From the NCBI GenBank assembly GCA_963667845.2, contig CAXXVL010000002.1, positions 2,272,001 to 2,336,000 of the forward strand: a stretch of 64,000 nucleotides of DNA. Reading direction: 5' to 3'. Positions within the stretch are counted from its first letter, which is position 1, and the number at the start of each line of letters is the position of its first letter. Source of the DNA: Smithellaceae bacterium (lineage in GTDB: Bacteria > Desulfobacterota > Syntrophia > Syntrophales > Smithellaceae). The notes beneath the pieces are model-generated. The model did not search any database. It was not told the origin of the DNA and worked only from the letters and a program-made list of their open reading frames with translations. Position numbers and translations under genes: made by a program. Shown piece after piece: positions 1 through 10,625 of this stretch.

Positions 1-62
1 ATTATCCATAGACAGAGACTTTTTTTTATGTTACGAAACGTCGTCTTTTTGGTGCAATCATT

Positions 63-956
63 ATGAAAATTAAGAAGGTCGGCATCATTGCCAACATCGA
101 AAAAGAAAATATTGCCGTCTTTGCCGGCGCTTTAAAGAAGTGGCTGGAAGCGAGAGGGATCAAAGTATCCCTGGAAGCAAATCTGGCCGCCGCCATTGGC
201 GGAAGCGGCGGATTCAAACTTGAGGACCTGGCATCCAAGGTGGATTTGATTGCCGTTTTGGGCGGCGACGGCACCATGCTCCGGACGGCCCGCTACGTTG
301 CGCAGCACCCCGTTCCCATCGTCGGTATTAATATGGGAACCTTCGGCTATCTGACCGAAGTCAACTTAAACGAAACCTATGATGCGCTCGAACTCATTTT
401 GAAAGGCGATTTCGTCACCGAAAAAAGAATGATGCTGGATGTGAAAATCCGCCGCGGCAATAAGACTATCGGCTCGGGCATCGTTCTGAATGACGTCGTG
501 ATCAACCGCGGCAATCTCTCCCGTATTGTCGAGCTGGAAACATCCATTGATAATCAATATCTGACCACGTATAAGTCGGACGGCCTTATTATTTCCACGC
601 CCACGGGATCGACGGCTTATTCCCTTTCCGCCGGCGGTCCGATTGTCTTCCCCGGCAAGGAATTAATCATCATCAATCCGATCTGTCCCCATACCCTGAC
701 CAACCGGCCCGTTATCTTTCCGGAGGACGCCTCGCTGCAAATCACGCTATGGTCGAAGGAAAGCGGCGCAACGGTAACGCTGGACGGCCAGGAATCTTAC
801 CGGATCAGCTCCGGCGATATCATGACGATACGAAAATCAAAATATTATACAAGGCTGGTTCTTTCACCGCACCGAAGTTACGGAGAAATCTTGCGATCCA
901 AACTGGGTTGGGGCAGTATACCTTCAGGGGCTGGAAAAAGAAAAAATGCTTCATGA
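63..956 (+). CDS. nadK: NAD(+) kinase
   Basis: GGDGT motif, LND motif and DGLIISTPTGSTAYSLSAGGP; directly upstream of recN as is typical. Confidence 0.97.
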   Translation: MKIKKVGIIANIEKENIAVFAGALKKWLEARGIKVSLEANLAAAIGGSGGFKLEDLASKVDLIAVLGGDGTMLRTARYVAQHPVPIVGINMGTFGYLTEVNLNETYDALELILKGDFVTEKRMMLDVKIRRGNKTIGSGIVLNDVVINRGNLSRIVELETSIDNQYLTTYKSDGLIISTPTGSTAYSLSAGGPIVFPGKELIIINPICPHTLTNRPVIFPEDASLQITLWSKESGATVTLDGQESYRISSGDIMTIRKSKYYTRLVLSPHRSYGEILRSKLGWGSIPSGAGKRKNAS

Positions 957-2682
957 TCTGAGTATCACCAACTTTGCCATCATCGACGAACTGCATGTGT
1001 CGTTTGATGGCGGTCTGAACATTATTTCGGGGGAAACGGGTGCCGGCAAGTCCATTTTGATCGGTGCCGTGAGCCTGCTTTTGGGAGATCGGGCAACGGC
1101 CGACATGATCCGGTCGCAAACGGACACGGCCACCGTTGAAGCGCTCTTTAACATCGAAGGCAACCTTCCCCTTCAGGAAAAACTCGCCCAGATGGGATTT
1201 ACGGCGGACGGTGAACTGGTTATCCGCCGCGTGATTTCCCGGACCGGCAAAAACAGGGCGCAAATCAACGGGCAGATGGCGACGCTCGCCAACCTGGCCT
1301 CCATCAGTGAATCACTGATCAATATCTGCGGTCAGCATGAGCATCAGGTGATTCTGTCTGCGGAAAATCATATCGACATCCTCGATGAATTCGGCGGCTG
1401 CCTGGGAGCCCGCGAGGCTTATGAATCCGTTTATGCGCGGTATCAAAAGATCTGCAGTGAAATGGAAAGACTGGAAACGCTGCGGCGCAGCCGTGCGGAG
1501 AAGACGGATCTGATCCAGTTTCAACTCACCGAAATAAGAGATCTGAATCCCATTGCGGATGAAGACGTTGCGCTCACGGATGAAAAGAAAGTGCTGGCAA
1601 ACGTCCAGAAGCTGGCGGGGTGGGCCAACCGGGCCTATGCGCTGCTTTACGCCGACAAGGGCTGCATTAATGATCAGCTCAAAGAAGTACTCCTGCAGAT
1701 CAGGGAAATCCAGAAAATTGACACGGGATTGAATCTGCCGGCAGCCGATATGGAGGGCAGCTACGCCGTCCTTCAGGAAGCCGCGCTGACGCTGCGCGAT
1801 TATACGAAGCGCCTGGTTTTCGATCCCGAGCGCCTCGCGGCAATCGATGAGCGCCTCGACGCGCTTTCCCGCCTCAAGCGCAAACACGGCGGAACGCTCG
1901 CGGCAGTGCTGGGCCGCAAGCAGGATATGGAGGAAGAGCTTGAACGGGTTTCGGGCGTAGAGGAAGAACTGGCGGGGCTTGCCAAAGACAAACCCGCCGT
2001 CGTCGGAGAACTACAAAACAAGGCCCGGGCACTTTCCGTGCTGAGGCTGCAAGCAGCGGAGTTGCTGAAAGATGCGGTCGATGCCGAAATCCGTGATTTG
2101 AACATGCCGCATGCATCGTTCTCTGTTGAGTTTTTGCAGCACTGTTCAGATGACGAAAATTCATATGGCCCGAAAGGCGGCGATGATATAGAATTTTACC
2201 TGACCGCGAACGCCGGCGAGGCGCCGAAGCCCCTGCAGAGAGTGGCGTCCGGAGGAGAATTATCCCGCATCGTGCTGGCGCTGAAAAATGTCTTGTCCCG
2301 AACCGGATCGGTGGCCACGATCGTGTTCGATGAAGTCGACCAGGGCATCGGCGGTGCCACGGCAGAAATTGTCGGGCGTAAATTAAAAGAGGTTTCAGTC
2401 CATCATCAGGTGATTTGCATTACACATCTGCCGCAAATTGCCAGTTTCGGCGGCCGTCATCTGCGTGTGGCGAAGCTCGTCATCGACGGCCGGACGGCAA
2501 CTGTGGTGGATCAGATCGACGAGCAGCAAAAAGTAGAAGAGATCGGCCGGATGCTGGGCGGCGTGGACGTTACGGATACTGCGAGAGATCACGCCCGTGA
2601 GATGCTTTCCGCAGCCGGCGCGGCCCGCAATGCCGCCGATACAGGAAGGAGCAAGCATGCTAAGAAAAGCACGCATCGGTGA
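946..2682 (+). CDS. recN: DNA repair protein RecN
   Basis: Walker A GETGAGKS, coiled coil, ASGGELSR signature, FDEVD Walker B, ITHLPQIA. Confidence 0.97.
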   Translation: MLHDLSITNFAIIDELHVSFDGGLNIISGETGAGKSILIGAVSLLLGDRATADMIRSQTDTATVEALFNIEGNLPLQEKLAQMGFTADGELVIRRVISRTGKNRAQINGQMATLANLASISESLINICGQHEHQVILSAENHIDILDEFGGCLGAREAYESVYARYQKICSEMERLETLRRSRAEKTDLIQFQLTEIRDLNPIADEDVALTDEKKVLANVQKLAGWANRAYALLYADKGCINDQLKEVLLQIREIQKIDTGLNLPAADMEGSYAVLQEAALTLRDYTKRLVFDPERLAAIDERLDALSRLKRKHGGTLAAVLGRKQDMEEELERVSGVEEELAGLAKDKPAVVGELQNKARALSVLRLQAAELLKDAVDAEIRDLNMPHASFSVEFLQHCSDDENSYGPKGGDDIEFYLTANAGEAPKPLQRVASGGELSRIVLALKNVLSRTGSVATIVFDEVDQGIGGATAEIVGRKLKEVSVHHQVICITHLPQIASFGGRHLRVAKLVIDGRTATVVDQIDEQQKVEEIGRMLGGVDVTDTARDHAREMLSAAGAARNAADTGRSKHAKKSTHR

Positions 2683-3115
2683 CGTTAAAATCATTCACCG
2701 CCTGATTAATCTGTCGGCGGGAAAAGGGGAAATGCTGCCCAGGTCTTTGATGGATATCTATAATTCCGTGCGCGATTTCATTGTTTATTACGATGAAGAC
2801 GAACAGAATATTGTGGGGATCTGCGCCATGAATATTATCTGGGAAAACCTGGCCGAAATCCGTTCTCTTTATGTGGCGGATGCCCACCGAAAAAAAGGCA
2901 TCGGCCGGAAACTGGTCGAATTTTGCATTTCCGAAGCTATTACCCTCGAGTTGTTTCGCATCTTTTCGCTGACCTATAAAAAAGAATTCTTTGCCCGACT
3001 GGGGTTTAAGGAGGTGGACCGTTCCACCTTGCCGGAAAAGATCTGGTCGGACTGCTTCCGCTGCTCCAAATATCCCGACTACTGCGACGAAGTCGCCATG
3101 ATCATCGAACTATGA
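2657..3115 (+). CDS. GNAT N-acetyltransferase (short ArgA-like amino-acid acetyltransferase)
   Basis: MLPRS, LAEIRSL, GIGRKLV, LPEKIWSDC..C motifs; ATG 2657 follows an AGGAG RBS. Confidence 0.85.
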   Translation: MLRKARIGDVKIIHRLINLSAGKGEMLPRSLMDIYNSVRDFIVYYDEDEQNIVGICAMNIIWENLAEIRSLYVADAHRKKGIGRKLVEFCISEAITLELFRIFSLTYKKEFFARLGFKEVDRSTLPEKIWSDCFRCSKYPDYCDEVAMIIEL

Positions 3116-4299
3116 AGCATCTGCGAATCCTCGGTCTCCTTTTGTTGATTGTTGCCGTGGCGTTGACCGGTTGTGCGCGCAAAACGATCGATAAGCCTGA
3201 TACGATACCGCCGGGGCGCGAGCTTGCGGATGCGGATGCCGGGAGCCGGGAATCTGTGGATGACCTGGATAACGCATCTCTCATTCTGGCGATTGATCGC
3301 AGCCTGCAATTTTATGACGGCGCCGGACGCGATCAGACCTTTTACATTGCGGACAGACCTGTCGGTGCAAACCAGATGAAAGAAACGCTCATGGCTTTCC
3401 GCGCCATCGTGCAGTCCGGTAAAAGCCTGGAGCAGAAGAAAAAAAGCATCGCCGAAGATTTTCATCTGCTGCGTGCGGCCGGACAAACGGGCGAGGGAGA
3501 CGTTCTATTTACCGGCTATTATGAACCGCTGCTGGAAGGGTCTTTGGTGCGGACGGATAAATATAAGTATCCGCTATACAGACCGCCGCCCGACATCGTG
3601 ACGGAAAAAATATCCAGGAACGAAACGCGGATCGGCCGGAAGGAAAATGGTCGGATCGTTCCCTATTACACACGACGGGAAATCGATGTGGACGGCGTTT
3701 TGCAGGACAAGGGGCTCGAATTGCTCTGGGTGTCGGATCCTGTCGAATTGAATTCCCTGCACACCCAGGGATCGGGAAAGATCCGGTTCGAGGACGGGAA
3801 AATCGTGACGGTCGGCTATGCTCAGAACAATGGCCGGCCTTTCCGCTCCGCGACCATGAACATGCTTGCGCAAAATAAAATTGGTAAGAGCGATTCATCC
3901 TATCGCGGATTCAAATTATGGCTCAAAGGCCGAAGCGAAAAAGAAGTCCTGGAAATCCTCAGCCACAACGAGCGCTATATTTTCTTCCGGTTTCTGGATA
4001 AGGAGCCTGTCGGATGCCTGGGCCAGCCGGTAACACCGGGCCGCACGATTGCCACCGATCCGGATTTTTTCCCCGAAGGCGCTCTGGCTTTCATCCGATT
4101 GCGAAAGCCGGTCCTGGATAATGATTATAACGTTGTGGGCCGCGTCGACTTTTCGCGCTTTGTTCTGAATCAGGATAAGGGATCGGCCATCAGGGGCCCC
4201 GGGAGGGTCGATCTATTCTGCGGGTTCGGCGAGGACGCCCGGGCCACAGCAGGCAGTCTGAAAGAAAAAGGGGAGCTCTATTTTCTGCTCATCAAATAG
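3112..4299 (+). CDS. mltA: Membrane-bound lytic murein transglycosylase A (lipoprotein)
   Basis: Lipobox LTGC, FTGYYEP, QGSG, and 3D domain QDKGSAIRGPGRVDLFCG. Confidence 0.93.
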   Translation: MKHLRILGLLLLIVAVALTGCARKTIDKPDTIPPGRELADADAGSRESVDDLDNASLILAIDRSLQFYDGAGRDQTFYIADRPVGANQMKETLMAFRAIVQSGKSLEQKKKSIAEDFHLLRAAGQTGEGDVLFTGYYEPLLEGSLVRTDKYKYPLYRPPPDIVTEKISRNETRIGRKENGRIVPYYTRREIDVDGVLQDKGLELLWVSDPVELNSLHTQGSGKIRFEDGKIVTVGYAQNNGRPFRSATMNMLAQNKIGKSDSSYRGFKLWLKGRSEKEVLEILSHNERYIFFRFLDKEPVGCLGQPVTPGRTIATDPDFFPEGALAFIRLRKPVLDNDYNVVGRVDFSRFVLNQDKGSAIRGPGRVDLFCGFGEDARATAGSLKEKGELYFLLIK

Positions 4300-4349
4300 G
4301 CTTCCACCGCAGCAAATTGCAGCGCCCCCCGAGACAAGAGGTTTGTGGA

Positions 4350-5099
4350 ATGACCGACGACGAAACCATCGATGAAATCCTCGGCGGAAGTTTAAAAATC
4401 CGCCAGAGCAAACGCGGCTATCGTTTTAATCTGGATTCGCTCATCCTGGCGCATTTTGTGTCTCTGAAATCCAGGAGCGTCAGCCTTGATCTGGGCTGCG
4501 GCAACGGCATCATGGCACTGGTTCTGGCGAATCGCTATCCCGCGTCGCGCTGGCACGGCCTCGAGGTTCAGGAAGGTCTCGCGACGCTTGCGAAAAAGAA
4601 TGTCGAACAAAACGGTCTGGGTCATCGCGTGATCATTGACACGGGGGACGCGCGGGATATTAAAAAAATATACGGGTCAGGCTTCTTTGATACCATTGTT
4701 TTTAATCCGCCCTATCGCAAGATGGATTCAGGCCGGATCAACCCGCTGCCGGAGAAAGCCATTGCCCGTCATGAAATCAGCGGTTCGCTCAGTCATTTTC
4801 TTTCAGCGGCAAAGTACGCGCTCCAACCGAAGGGCCGGGTGTTTACGATTTATCCGGCGACCCGTCTGGTGGAAGTGATCAGTCTGTTTCGCAAGAAAGA
4901 TATTGAACCCAAAAGAATGAAACTGGTCTATTCGGATGCCCTTTCCAATGCGGAATTTGTTCTGGTTGAGGGCAGGGATTCTTCGCGTGAGGAGCTGAAA
5001 GTCGAGCCGCCGCTTTATATTTACGACGAGCCAAAGAAATATACTAAGGCTATGAAACAGATGTTTGCCGATCTCGCTGCTCTTCCGGGAACGGGCTGA
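4350..5099 (+). CDS. tRNA1(Val) A37 N6-methyltransferase family (TrmN6/YfiC-like)
   Basis: Q...GYRFNLDS, LDLGCGNG, NPPY and ARHE motifs. Confidence 0.85.
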   Translation: MTDDETIDEILGGSLKIRQSKRGYRFNLDSLILAHFVSLKSRSVSLDLGCGNGIMALVLANRYPASRWHGLEVQEGLATLAKKNVEQNGLGHRVIIDTGDARDIKKIYGSGFFDTIVFNPPYRKMDSGRINPLPEKAIARHEISGSLSHFLSAAKYALQPKGRVFTIYPATRLVEVISLFRKKDIEPKRMKLVYSDALSNAEFVLVEGRDSSREELKVEPPLYIYDEPKKYTKAMKQMFADLAALPGTG

Positions 5100-5179
5100 T
5101 TCGTGAGCGCCAACGCCTTCGTTCAATGGTCGCGTGAGGAGGTTTGCCGGCGTTTCGGTTTTTAAACGCCTGCCTTCGC

Positions 5180-6517
5180 TCAGAGAGTTTCCTTTTTTGT
5201 CCAGAGATCATGCAGTCTGAATACCTGATTCAAAATGACGGCCAGCACCGTGCAGAGCGTCAGCGAGGAATCGAAGAGCGGCCTGAGCCACGGGTAGACG
5301 CTTGCATAGAGTTCGGGCAGCATATCGAGGCTCAAGCCGAACATCAGGGACACACCGATCACAAATGTTCTCCGGACGTCCGCACCCGCTCCCAGGATGA
5401 TTCTTAATCCCGACATGATCATGAAACTCGTGACAAAAATCAGGATCGCGCCCATGACGGGGGACGGCATGATAGAGAAGAGCAATCCGATTTTGGGAGA
5501 GAAACCCAGCAGGATAAAGAGCGCGCCGGCGCCGTATCCGATCCAGCGGCTTGTCGCTTTGGTCGCGTCACTCAACGCTACATTGCTGGCCGAGGTGTCC
5601 GACGCCATTCCCCCCACGAGACCGGACGCGGTGACGCAGAGGGAGTCGGCAAACAGGCCGTTTCCGATCCGCTTCATATCCGGTTCCTTCCACTCGGCGT
5701 CGTTGACTTGCTCGGCCATGATCAGGTTTCCAAACGACTTCAGGGCGCCGGTGATCGAGACGATCAGGAAGGCCGGAAGCAGCGACCAGCGAAAAGAGAT
5801 GTCCAGCATGCCCTCGTAAATCGGCAGCGCTACCCAGGGTGCGTCGAGAAAAGACTTAAACTGCGTCGCGGTAATCTGCCCCGTCAGGATCGAAAGTGAA
5901 TAGCCAAAGACCATCCCGACCAGAACGCTGTACATTTTTAATTTGGGCTTTCCCCACAGATTGACGACGACCATCAGGAAAAGCGTCAGCGCCGCAACCA
6001 GGAGACTCGTTCCCCGGATGGGCTCTCCTTCGAAGCTGACGCCCAGAAATTTCGAGGTGGCCAGGGGGATCAGGCCCAGCGCGACCATCAGAACGACCAG
6101 GCCGGTGATCTCGGGAGGAAAGAGGAATTTAAGACGATGAACCACCCGCGAGAACGCCGCTTCGAAAAGGCCGGCGGCGATCGTCATGCCCCGCACGAGA
6201 GGAAGTCCGCCGAGCCAGGCGGCTTCCATGGAAGCTGTGAAAAAGTTGGGGCCGCACAGATTCGGACAGAGAAACCCCGACCCGACGATGCCGCACCGCA
6301 AGGCCTGCAAAATGGTGCCGATGCCGCAGGCGATCATGGTGAGGGCAACGACGGTGCCGACCTGACTTAAGCTTCCGCCGATTTCCGTCACCATGACCAC
6401 GGGCAGAACGAGTGTGCTGGACATCAGAAAGATATGCTGCACACAAAGCAGGACAAGTGCCCCAACGGGGGGCCGGTCATCAACGCCGTAGATCAGATGC
6501 GGGGGTCTTTTTGCCAT
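5180..6517 (-). CDS. NCS2 xanthine/uracil permease family transporter
   Basis: YGVDDRPP N-terminus, QH motif in TM1, FPPEITG, many TM helices. Confidence 0.9.
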   Translation of the reverse strand: MAKRPPHLIYGVDDRPPVGALVLLCVQHIFLMSSTLVLPVVMVTEIGGSLSQVGTVVALTMIACGIGTILQALRCGIVGSGFLCPNLCGPNFFTASMEAAWLGGLPLVRGMTIAAGLFEAAFSRVVHRLKFLFPPEITGLVVLMVALGLIPLATSKFLGVSFEGEPIRGTSLLVAALTLFLMVVVNLWGKPKLKMYSVLVGMVFGYSLSILTGQITATQFKSFLDAPWVALPIYEGMLDISFRWSLLPAFLIVSITGALKSFGNLIMAEQVNDAEWKEPDMKRIGNGLFADSLCVTASGLVGGMASDTSASNVALSDATKATSRWIGYGAGALFILLGFSPKIGLLFSIMPSPVMGAILIFVTSFMIMSGLRIILGAGADVRRTFVIGVSLMFGLSLDMLPELYASVYPWLRPLFDSSLTLCTVLAVILNQVFRLHDLWTKKETL

Positions 6518-6519
6518 AA

Positions 6520-7437
6520 TTACATTTTCATCCAGATCGGGCTCGACAGGAAGAAATCCGCTCCGATCATGAATATTTCATTATCGATTTTGACCTTCCG
6601 GATATAGGCGACTTTCCGGCTGGGAAGGTTTGCTCCTGGTTTCGGCCACATGTACTGAATCCAGGCGTCATCATTTTTTGCAAGCTTCTGAAGCATCTCT
6701 TTCACAACAAGCCGTCCCAGTGCGTCCTTGAATCCCGTCAGGTCCCGGTGCATGCCGGGGAAAGCAGGGTCCACGACGGACCGGCCCTTATCGTCCATGA
6801 CAAAGACATATGTGCCCAGGAAATAGAAAGGGGTTGATGTGTCGCGCAACTGAGCGAAAGTGACATCCTTCCCCCGGGTCTTTAAGAGCTCGGCGGCGCG
6901 ATCGACCCGCTCTTTGATGAAGGCCTTTTCCATTTTGATGTCGTAGATACCACAGCCGACGGCATAGGTCTTTCCATCCGGCGTGACGGCCTTGCGGATA
7001 TAGGAACTTTTCCACAGCGGTGTGAATTGCGTCCGTTCCTCCCAGAGATAAAAGACCCAGCCCGAGGCATGTTTTTCGGGCTTCCGGGCGATATCGGTGA
7101 TCATGCGGATGACGGGCTTGCCGTTCATGTCTTTGAGATGGATGAGATTGCTGCCGATGAGCTGTTTTGTAACCGGATGAAAAACGCAGGTGCCGTCAAG
7201 ATCATAAATGAAGATATAATAGTCGTCGTTGAACCATTTGGATCCCGGGACGGCAAAGTCTCCGAAGGCGGTCTGCCCTTTTGCTTCGATCGCGTCGGCT
7301 GCGCTCTCCACCAGAGAAACCAGTTCCTTTGTATCTTCATAGAGGTAGGGTACGGCGGGGTCCGCAGTATGACCGGCGGAGGAGGCGGCAAGCCAAAAAA
7401 GCAGGATGACCGGAATCAAGCGACTTTTTTTCGGCAT
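6520..7437 (-). CDS. Secreted protein with two tandem Cache domains and no signalling output domain
   Basis: Signal peptide; two repeats of Y(I/V)F(I/V).D..G....(H/D)P...D..G...GW/AW..Y.W...K..YIRK; AGGAG RBS before ATG 7437. Confidence 0.85.
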   Translation of the reverse strand: MPKKSRLIPVILLFWLAASSAGHTADPAVPYLYEDTKELVSLVESAADAIEAKGQTAFGDFAVPGSKWFNDDYYIFIYDLDGTCVFHPVTKQLIGSNLIHLKDMNGKPVIRMITDIARKPEKHASGWVFYLWEERTQFTPLWKSSYIRKAVTPDGKTYAVGCGIYDIKMEKAFIKERVDRAAELLKTRGKDVTFAQLRDTSTPFYFLGTYVFVMDDKGRSVVDPAFPGMHRDLTGFKDALGRLVVKEMLQKLAKNDDAWIQYMWPKPGANLPSRKVAYIRKVKIDNEIFMIGADFFLSSPIWMKM

Positions 7438-7515
7438 AGAGGTCTCCTGAAATGGACTTTCTATTTTGAAAATTTCCAGAAACCCTTTCGACACGGATAA
7501 CGCCTAAATATCCAC

Positions 7516-8025
7516 TCAAGTCCGCCGTCGGCCGGGTTTCTCCTCCAATTGCCTGCGGCGGCTGATTTCATTCTTCATGACTCGTTTCACGATAGCCGCC
7601 AATTCGCGATCCGCCAGTGCTTCCGTGCATTCGTCGATCATCCGCTTATCTCTTTCCCGGAGAGTAAACTTCGGTGTGCCGGTCGTGTCTCGTCTTGGCC
7701 TTTGACGGGCGGGGTTATACCCGACCGTAAAGTGAATCTCCTTGATTGCCGCCCATCCGGCCAGTTCGTTCATTTTTTGACGAATGTCTTCTTTCATGAA
7801 ATGCAACTGCTGCACCCAGACCGAAGAGGTTGTTTTTACAAACAGGGTTCCGGACCGCAAGGTTTCGGGTTCGGTTTGCGCGGCAATTTGCGGGCCGACC
7901 GCTTTCGGCCAGAGCTTGATGAGGGCATTTTCTTCCAGCTTGTCGGCCATGCCCCTTTTTTTCAAGACGGAAAACAAGATTTCACCGATGGATTGCAGAC
8001 GCCTCTGTGAGTATCTTCTTCTCAT
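7516..8025 (-). CDS. DUF721/DciA family protein
   Basis: W..AVG..IA..T.P..L..G.L.V...SSVW.QQL pattern. Confidence 0.85.
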   Translation of the reverse strand: MRRRYSQRRLQSIGEILFSVLKKRGMADKLEENALIKLWPKAVGPQIAAQTEPETLRSGTLFVKTTSSVWVQQLHFMKEDIRQKMNELAGWAAIKEIHFTVGYNPARQRPRRDTTGTPKFTLRERDKRMIDECTEALADRELAAIVKRVMKNEISRRRQLEEKPGRRRT

Positions 8026-8057
8026 GGTTCAGTGTGTGACATAATTTGAACGGATGA

Positions 8058-10073
8058 TCAAGGTGAATCAAAAATCGGCAAAGGGATTTGAACGGATTCC
8101 TGTGATTTTACCTGAGGCGGGGACTGCCCCAGAATGTTGCGCAATTGCCTGGAGATATCGCCGATGGTGAAAGGTTTCTGAATGAACCCGCTGCAACCGC
8201 GGTCAATGATTTCGGCGGCCCGGCCGTTTAAGCTGTAACCGCTGGACAAGAGGACCTTGATGTGGGGGTTTATTTTCTTAAGTTCATTGAAAATTTCGCC
8301 GCCGCCCATGTCCGGCATGACCATATCGAGGATCACCAGGTCAATATCCGATTGACGCCGTCTATAGGTGTCGAGGGCGGCGGGGCCGTCCTGGGCCGTG
8401 ATGACGGTGTAACCCATCGCCTTGAGCATTTCACCCGCTACATCCAGAACGATGGCTTCATCGTCGATAAGCAGAATGGTTTCCCTGTAAAGTATTGCGT
8501 CTGCGGCGGAATCCTGATCCGAAATCTTGCCTTTTTCGTCTTTCTTAACGGAGGCGGGAAGGTAAATATTGAACGTCGAACCCTGGCCCTTTTCCGAATA
8601 GACGTTAATAAAACCGTTGTGATTTTTGATGATGCCGTAAACGGAAGCCAGCCCCAATCCGGTGCCTCGCCCCATTTCTTTGGTCGTAAAGAAGGGCTCG
8701 AATATTCTTTCCCTGGTTTTTTCATCCATGCCCACGCCGGTATCGGTTACGGAAATTTTTACATAACGACCGCTTTTGCCGGTGTATGATTTAAAGCGAC
8801 TTTCGTCGATGACCGTATTCTTTGTTTCGATATAGAGATCCCCGCCGCCGGGCATTGCCTGCCAGGCATTGACGAACAGGTTCAGGAGCACCTGTTCGAT
8901 TTGTCCCTGATCGATATCAGTTGACCAGAGATGATTTTCAAATTCGCGGTGGATGTGTATTTCTTTCTTGGTTCGGCCGATGGTTTGAGATGTCTTGTCT
9001 ATTAAGTCGTTCAAGTCAACCCGTTTGACTTCGTACTTGCCACCGCGGGCGAAACCAAGCAGTTGTTTGGTTAGATTCGCGCCGCTCATCACGAGGGTTT
9101 CGATTGTTTTGACATGTTCATAAGACGGATCGTTCTTGCCGATTTTCAAGAGGGCCAGGGAGGTATGCCCCTGAATCCCCATCAGCAGATTATTAAAATC
9201 GTGAGCGATTCCGCCGGCCAGGGTACCGATGGATTCCATCTTCTGCGCCTGCAAAAGCCGGGTCTCCGTTTTTTTCTGTCCGGTGATATCGTGCATGAAG
9301 TTTAAAGTGGCCGGTGCGTTTTCCCAAAGAATCGCTACACTGTTGGTTGCCACCCAGATGGTCGCGCCTTCCTTATTCACAATCCGGAAACTGATATTGA
9401 CGGCCGAGGTATCGCCCCGGAGAATGGTTTTCTGCTGCTCGAAGACCATTTCCCGGTCTTCTGAAATGACGAGGTTAATAAAAGAAATCAACTGGAGATC
9501 GCTTACGGAGTATCCGAGCATTCGTTCCGTACAACTGTTGGCGTACGTCATTTTCCCGTCGGTGATAATGAAAATCGCTTCATTGGAATATTCGATCAGT
9601 TGACGGTATTTTTCCTCCGATTTCAGCAGCGCTTCTTCATTTTTTCGTCTTTTGGTAATGTCCTTGGAAACGACGGATACGGCGATGATATTCGGGGGGT
9701 CGGCAGAGTCTCTGACCGGGCTGAAGGTTCTGAGGAAATATTCTCCCTCGCGGATGCCCTGATGTTCGTCGTGAATGGAGATACCCGTTTCATAGACGGT
9801 TCTGACTTTGGATTCAAATTCGGCGCTTTGCTGGGGCGAGTGAAAGTCTTTGAAGGAAAGACCGGCGGCTTTTCCTTTGGGGATGTTCATACGTTCTGCG
9901 TGGTTGCTGTTCATGAAAAGGTAGCGGCCGTTGATATCGACAAGATAGAGGCAATCGCTTGTGGAGTCGACGAGGTTACGGTATTGATTCTCAATCCCGA
10001 TTTGCTCTTGAACCTTCCGGGTCAGTTCCGTAATTTTGTGTTCGAGCTCTGCGTAGGTCAGCTTTGCTTCCAT
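8058..10073 (-). CDS. PAS-PAS hybrid sensor histidine kinase/response regulator
   Basis: Two PAS domains, H-box AHDFNNLL, NAWQAM, DTGVGM, GTGLGL, C-terminal receiver (LD.VMP, KPF). Confidence 0.95.
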   Translation of the reverse strand: MEAKLTYAELEHKITELTRKVQEQIGIENQYRNLVDSTSDCLYLVDINGRYLFMNSNHAERMNIPKGKAAGLSFKDFHSPQQSAEFESKVRTVYETGISIHDEHQGIREGEYFLRTFSPVRDSADPPNIIAVSVVSKDITKRRKNEEALLKSEEKYRQLIEYSNEAIFIITDGKMTYANSCTERMLGYSVSDLQLISFINLVISEDREMVFEQQKTILRGDTSAVNISFRIVNKEGATIWVATNSVAILWENAPATLNFMHDITGQKKTETRLLQAQKMESIGTLAGGIAHDFNNLLMGIQGHTSLALLKIGKNDPSYEHVKTIETLVMSGANLTKQLLGFARGGKYEVKRVDLNDLIDKTSQTIGRTKKEIHIHREFENHLWSTDIDQGQIEQVLLNLFVNAWQAMPGGGDLYIETKNTVIDESRFKSYTGKSGRYVKISVTDTGVGMDEKTRERIFEPFFTTKEMGRGTGLGLASVYGIIKNHNGFINVYSEKGQGSTFNIYLPASVKKDEKGKISDQDSAADAILYRETILLIDDEAIVLDVAGEMLKAMGYTVITAQDGPAALDTYRRRQSDIDLVILDMVMPDMGGGEIFNELKKINPHIKVLLSSGYSLNGRAAEIIDRGCSGFIQKPFTIGDISRQLRNILGQSPPQVKSQESVQIPLPIFDSP

Positions 10074-10092
10074 TGACGCACCAGGTGTTCGG

Positions 10093-10623
10093 CTACACTA
10101 ATTTCTTAAACTCCTCGGCGAAAATATCAAATGTCCGTTGATCAAATAAAACGTGGCGCATGACGCTGATGGCCGTGTTATCGCGTGCAAATTCAATGCA
10201 GGTCGTAAGGGCCAGATGGGCAGCTTCATGGATTGGATAACCATAAACCCCGCAACTTATAGCCGGAAAGGAGACGCTTTGCAAGCCGTTCTTTACGGCG
10301 AGCTTCAAACTGTTTTCATAGGCGGAGGCAAGCAGCCGGGCTTCATCATGGGCGCCGCCGCGGTAAATCGGTCCCACGGCATGAATCACAAAACGCGCTT
10401 TGAGGTTGCCGGCCGTGGTGATTACGGCATGGCCCGTCGGGCAGCCTCCGATCTTACGGCACTCGGCCATGATAGCGGGTCCCCCGGCGCGGTGAATGGC
10501 GCCATCCACTCCGCCGCCGCCGGCCAGATGGCTGTTCGCGGCATTGACGATGGCGTCCGTCGTTTCCCGGGTGATGTCCCCCGGAACAATCTCAATCTCG
10601 GTTTGATTGAAAGTCGATTTCAT
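10093..10623 (-). CDS. Macro-domain O-acetyl-ADP-ribose deacetylase (YmdB-like)
   Basis: GDIT, AIVNAAN, GGGGVDGAIH, FPAISCGVYGYP. Confidence 0.95.
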   Translation of the reverse strand: MKSTFNQTEIEIVPGDITRETTDAIVNAANSHLAGGGGVDGAIHRAGGPAIMAECRKIGGCPTGHAVITTAGNLKARFVIHAVGPIYRGGAHDEARLLASAYENSLKLAVKNGLQSVSFPAISCGVYGYPIHEAAHLALTTCIEFARDNTAISVMRHVLFDQRTFDIFAEEFKKLV

Positions 10624-10625
10624 CT

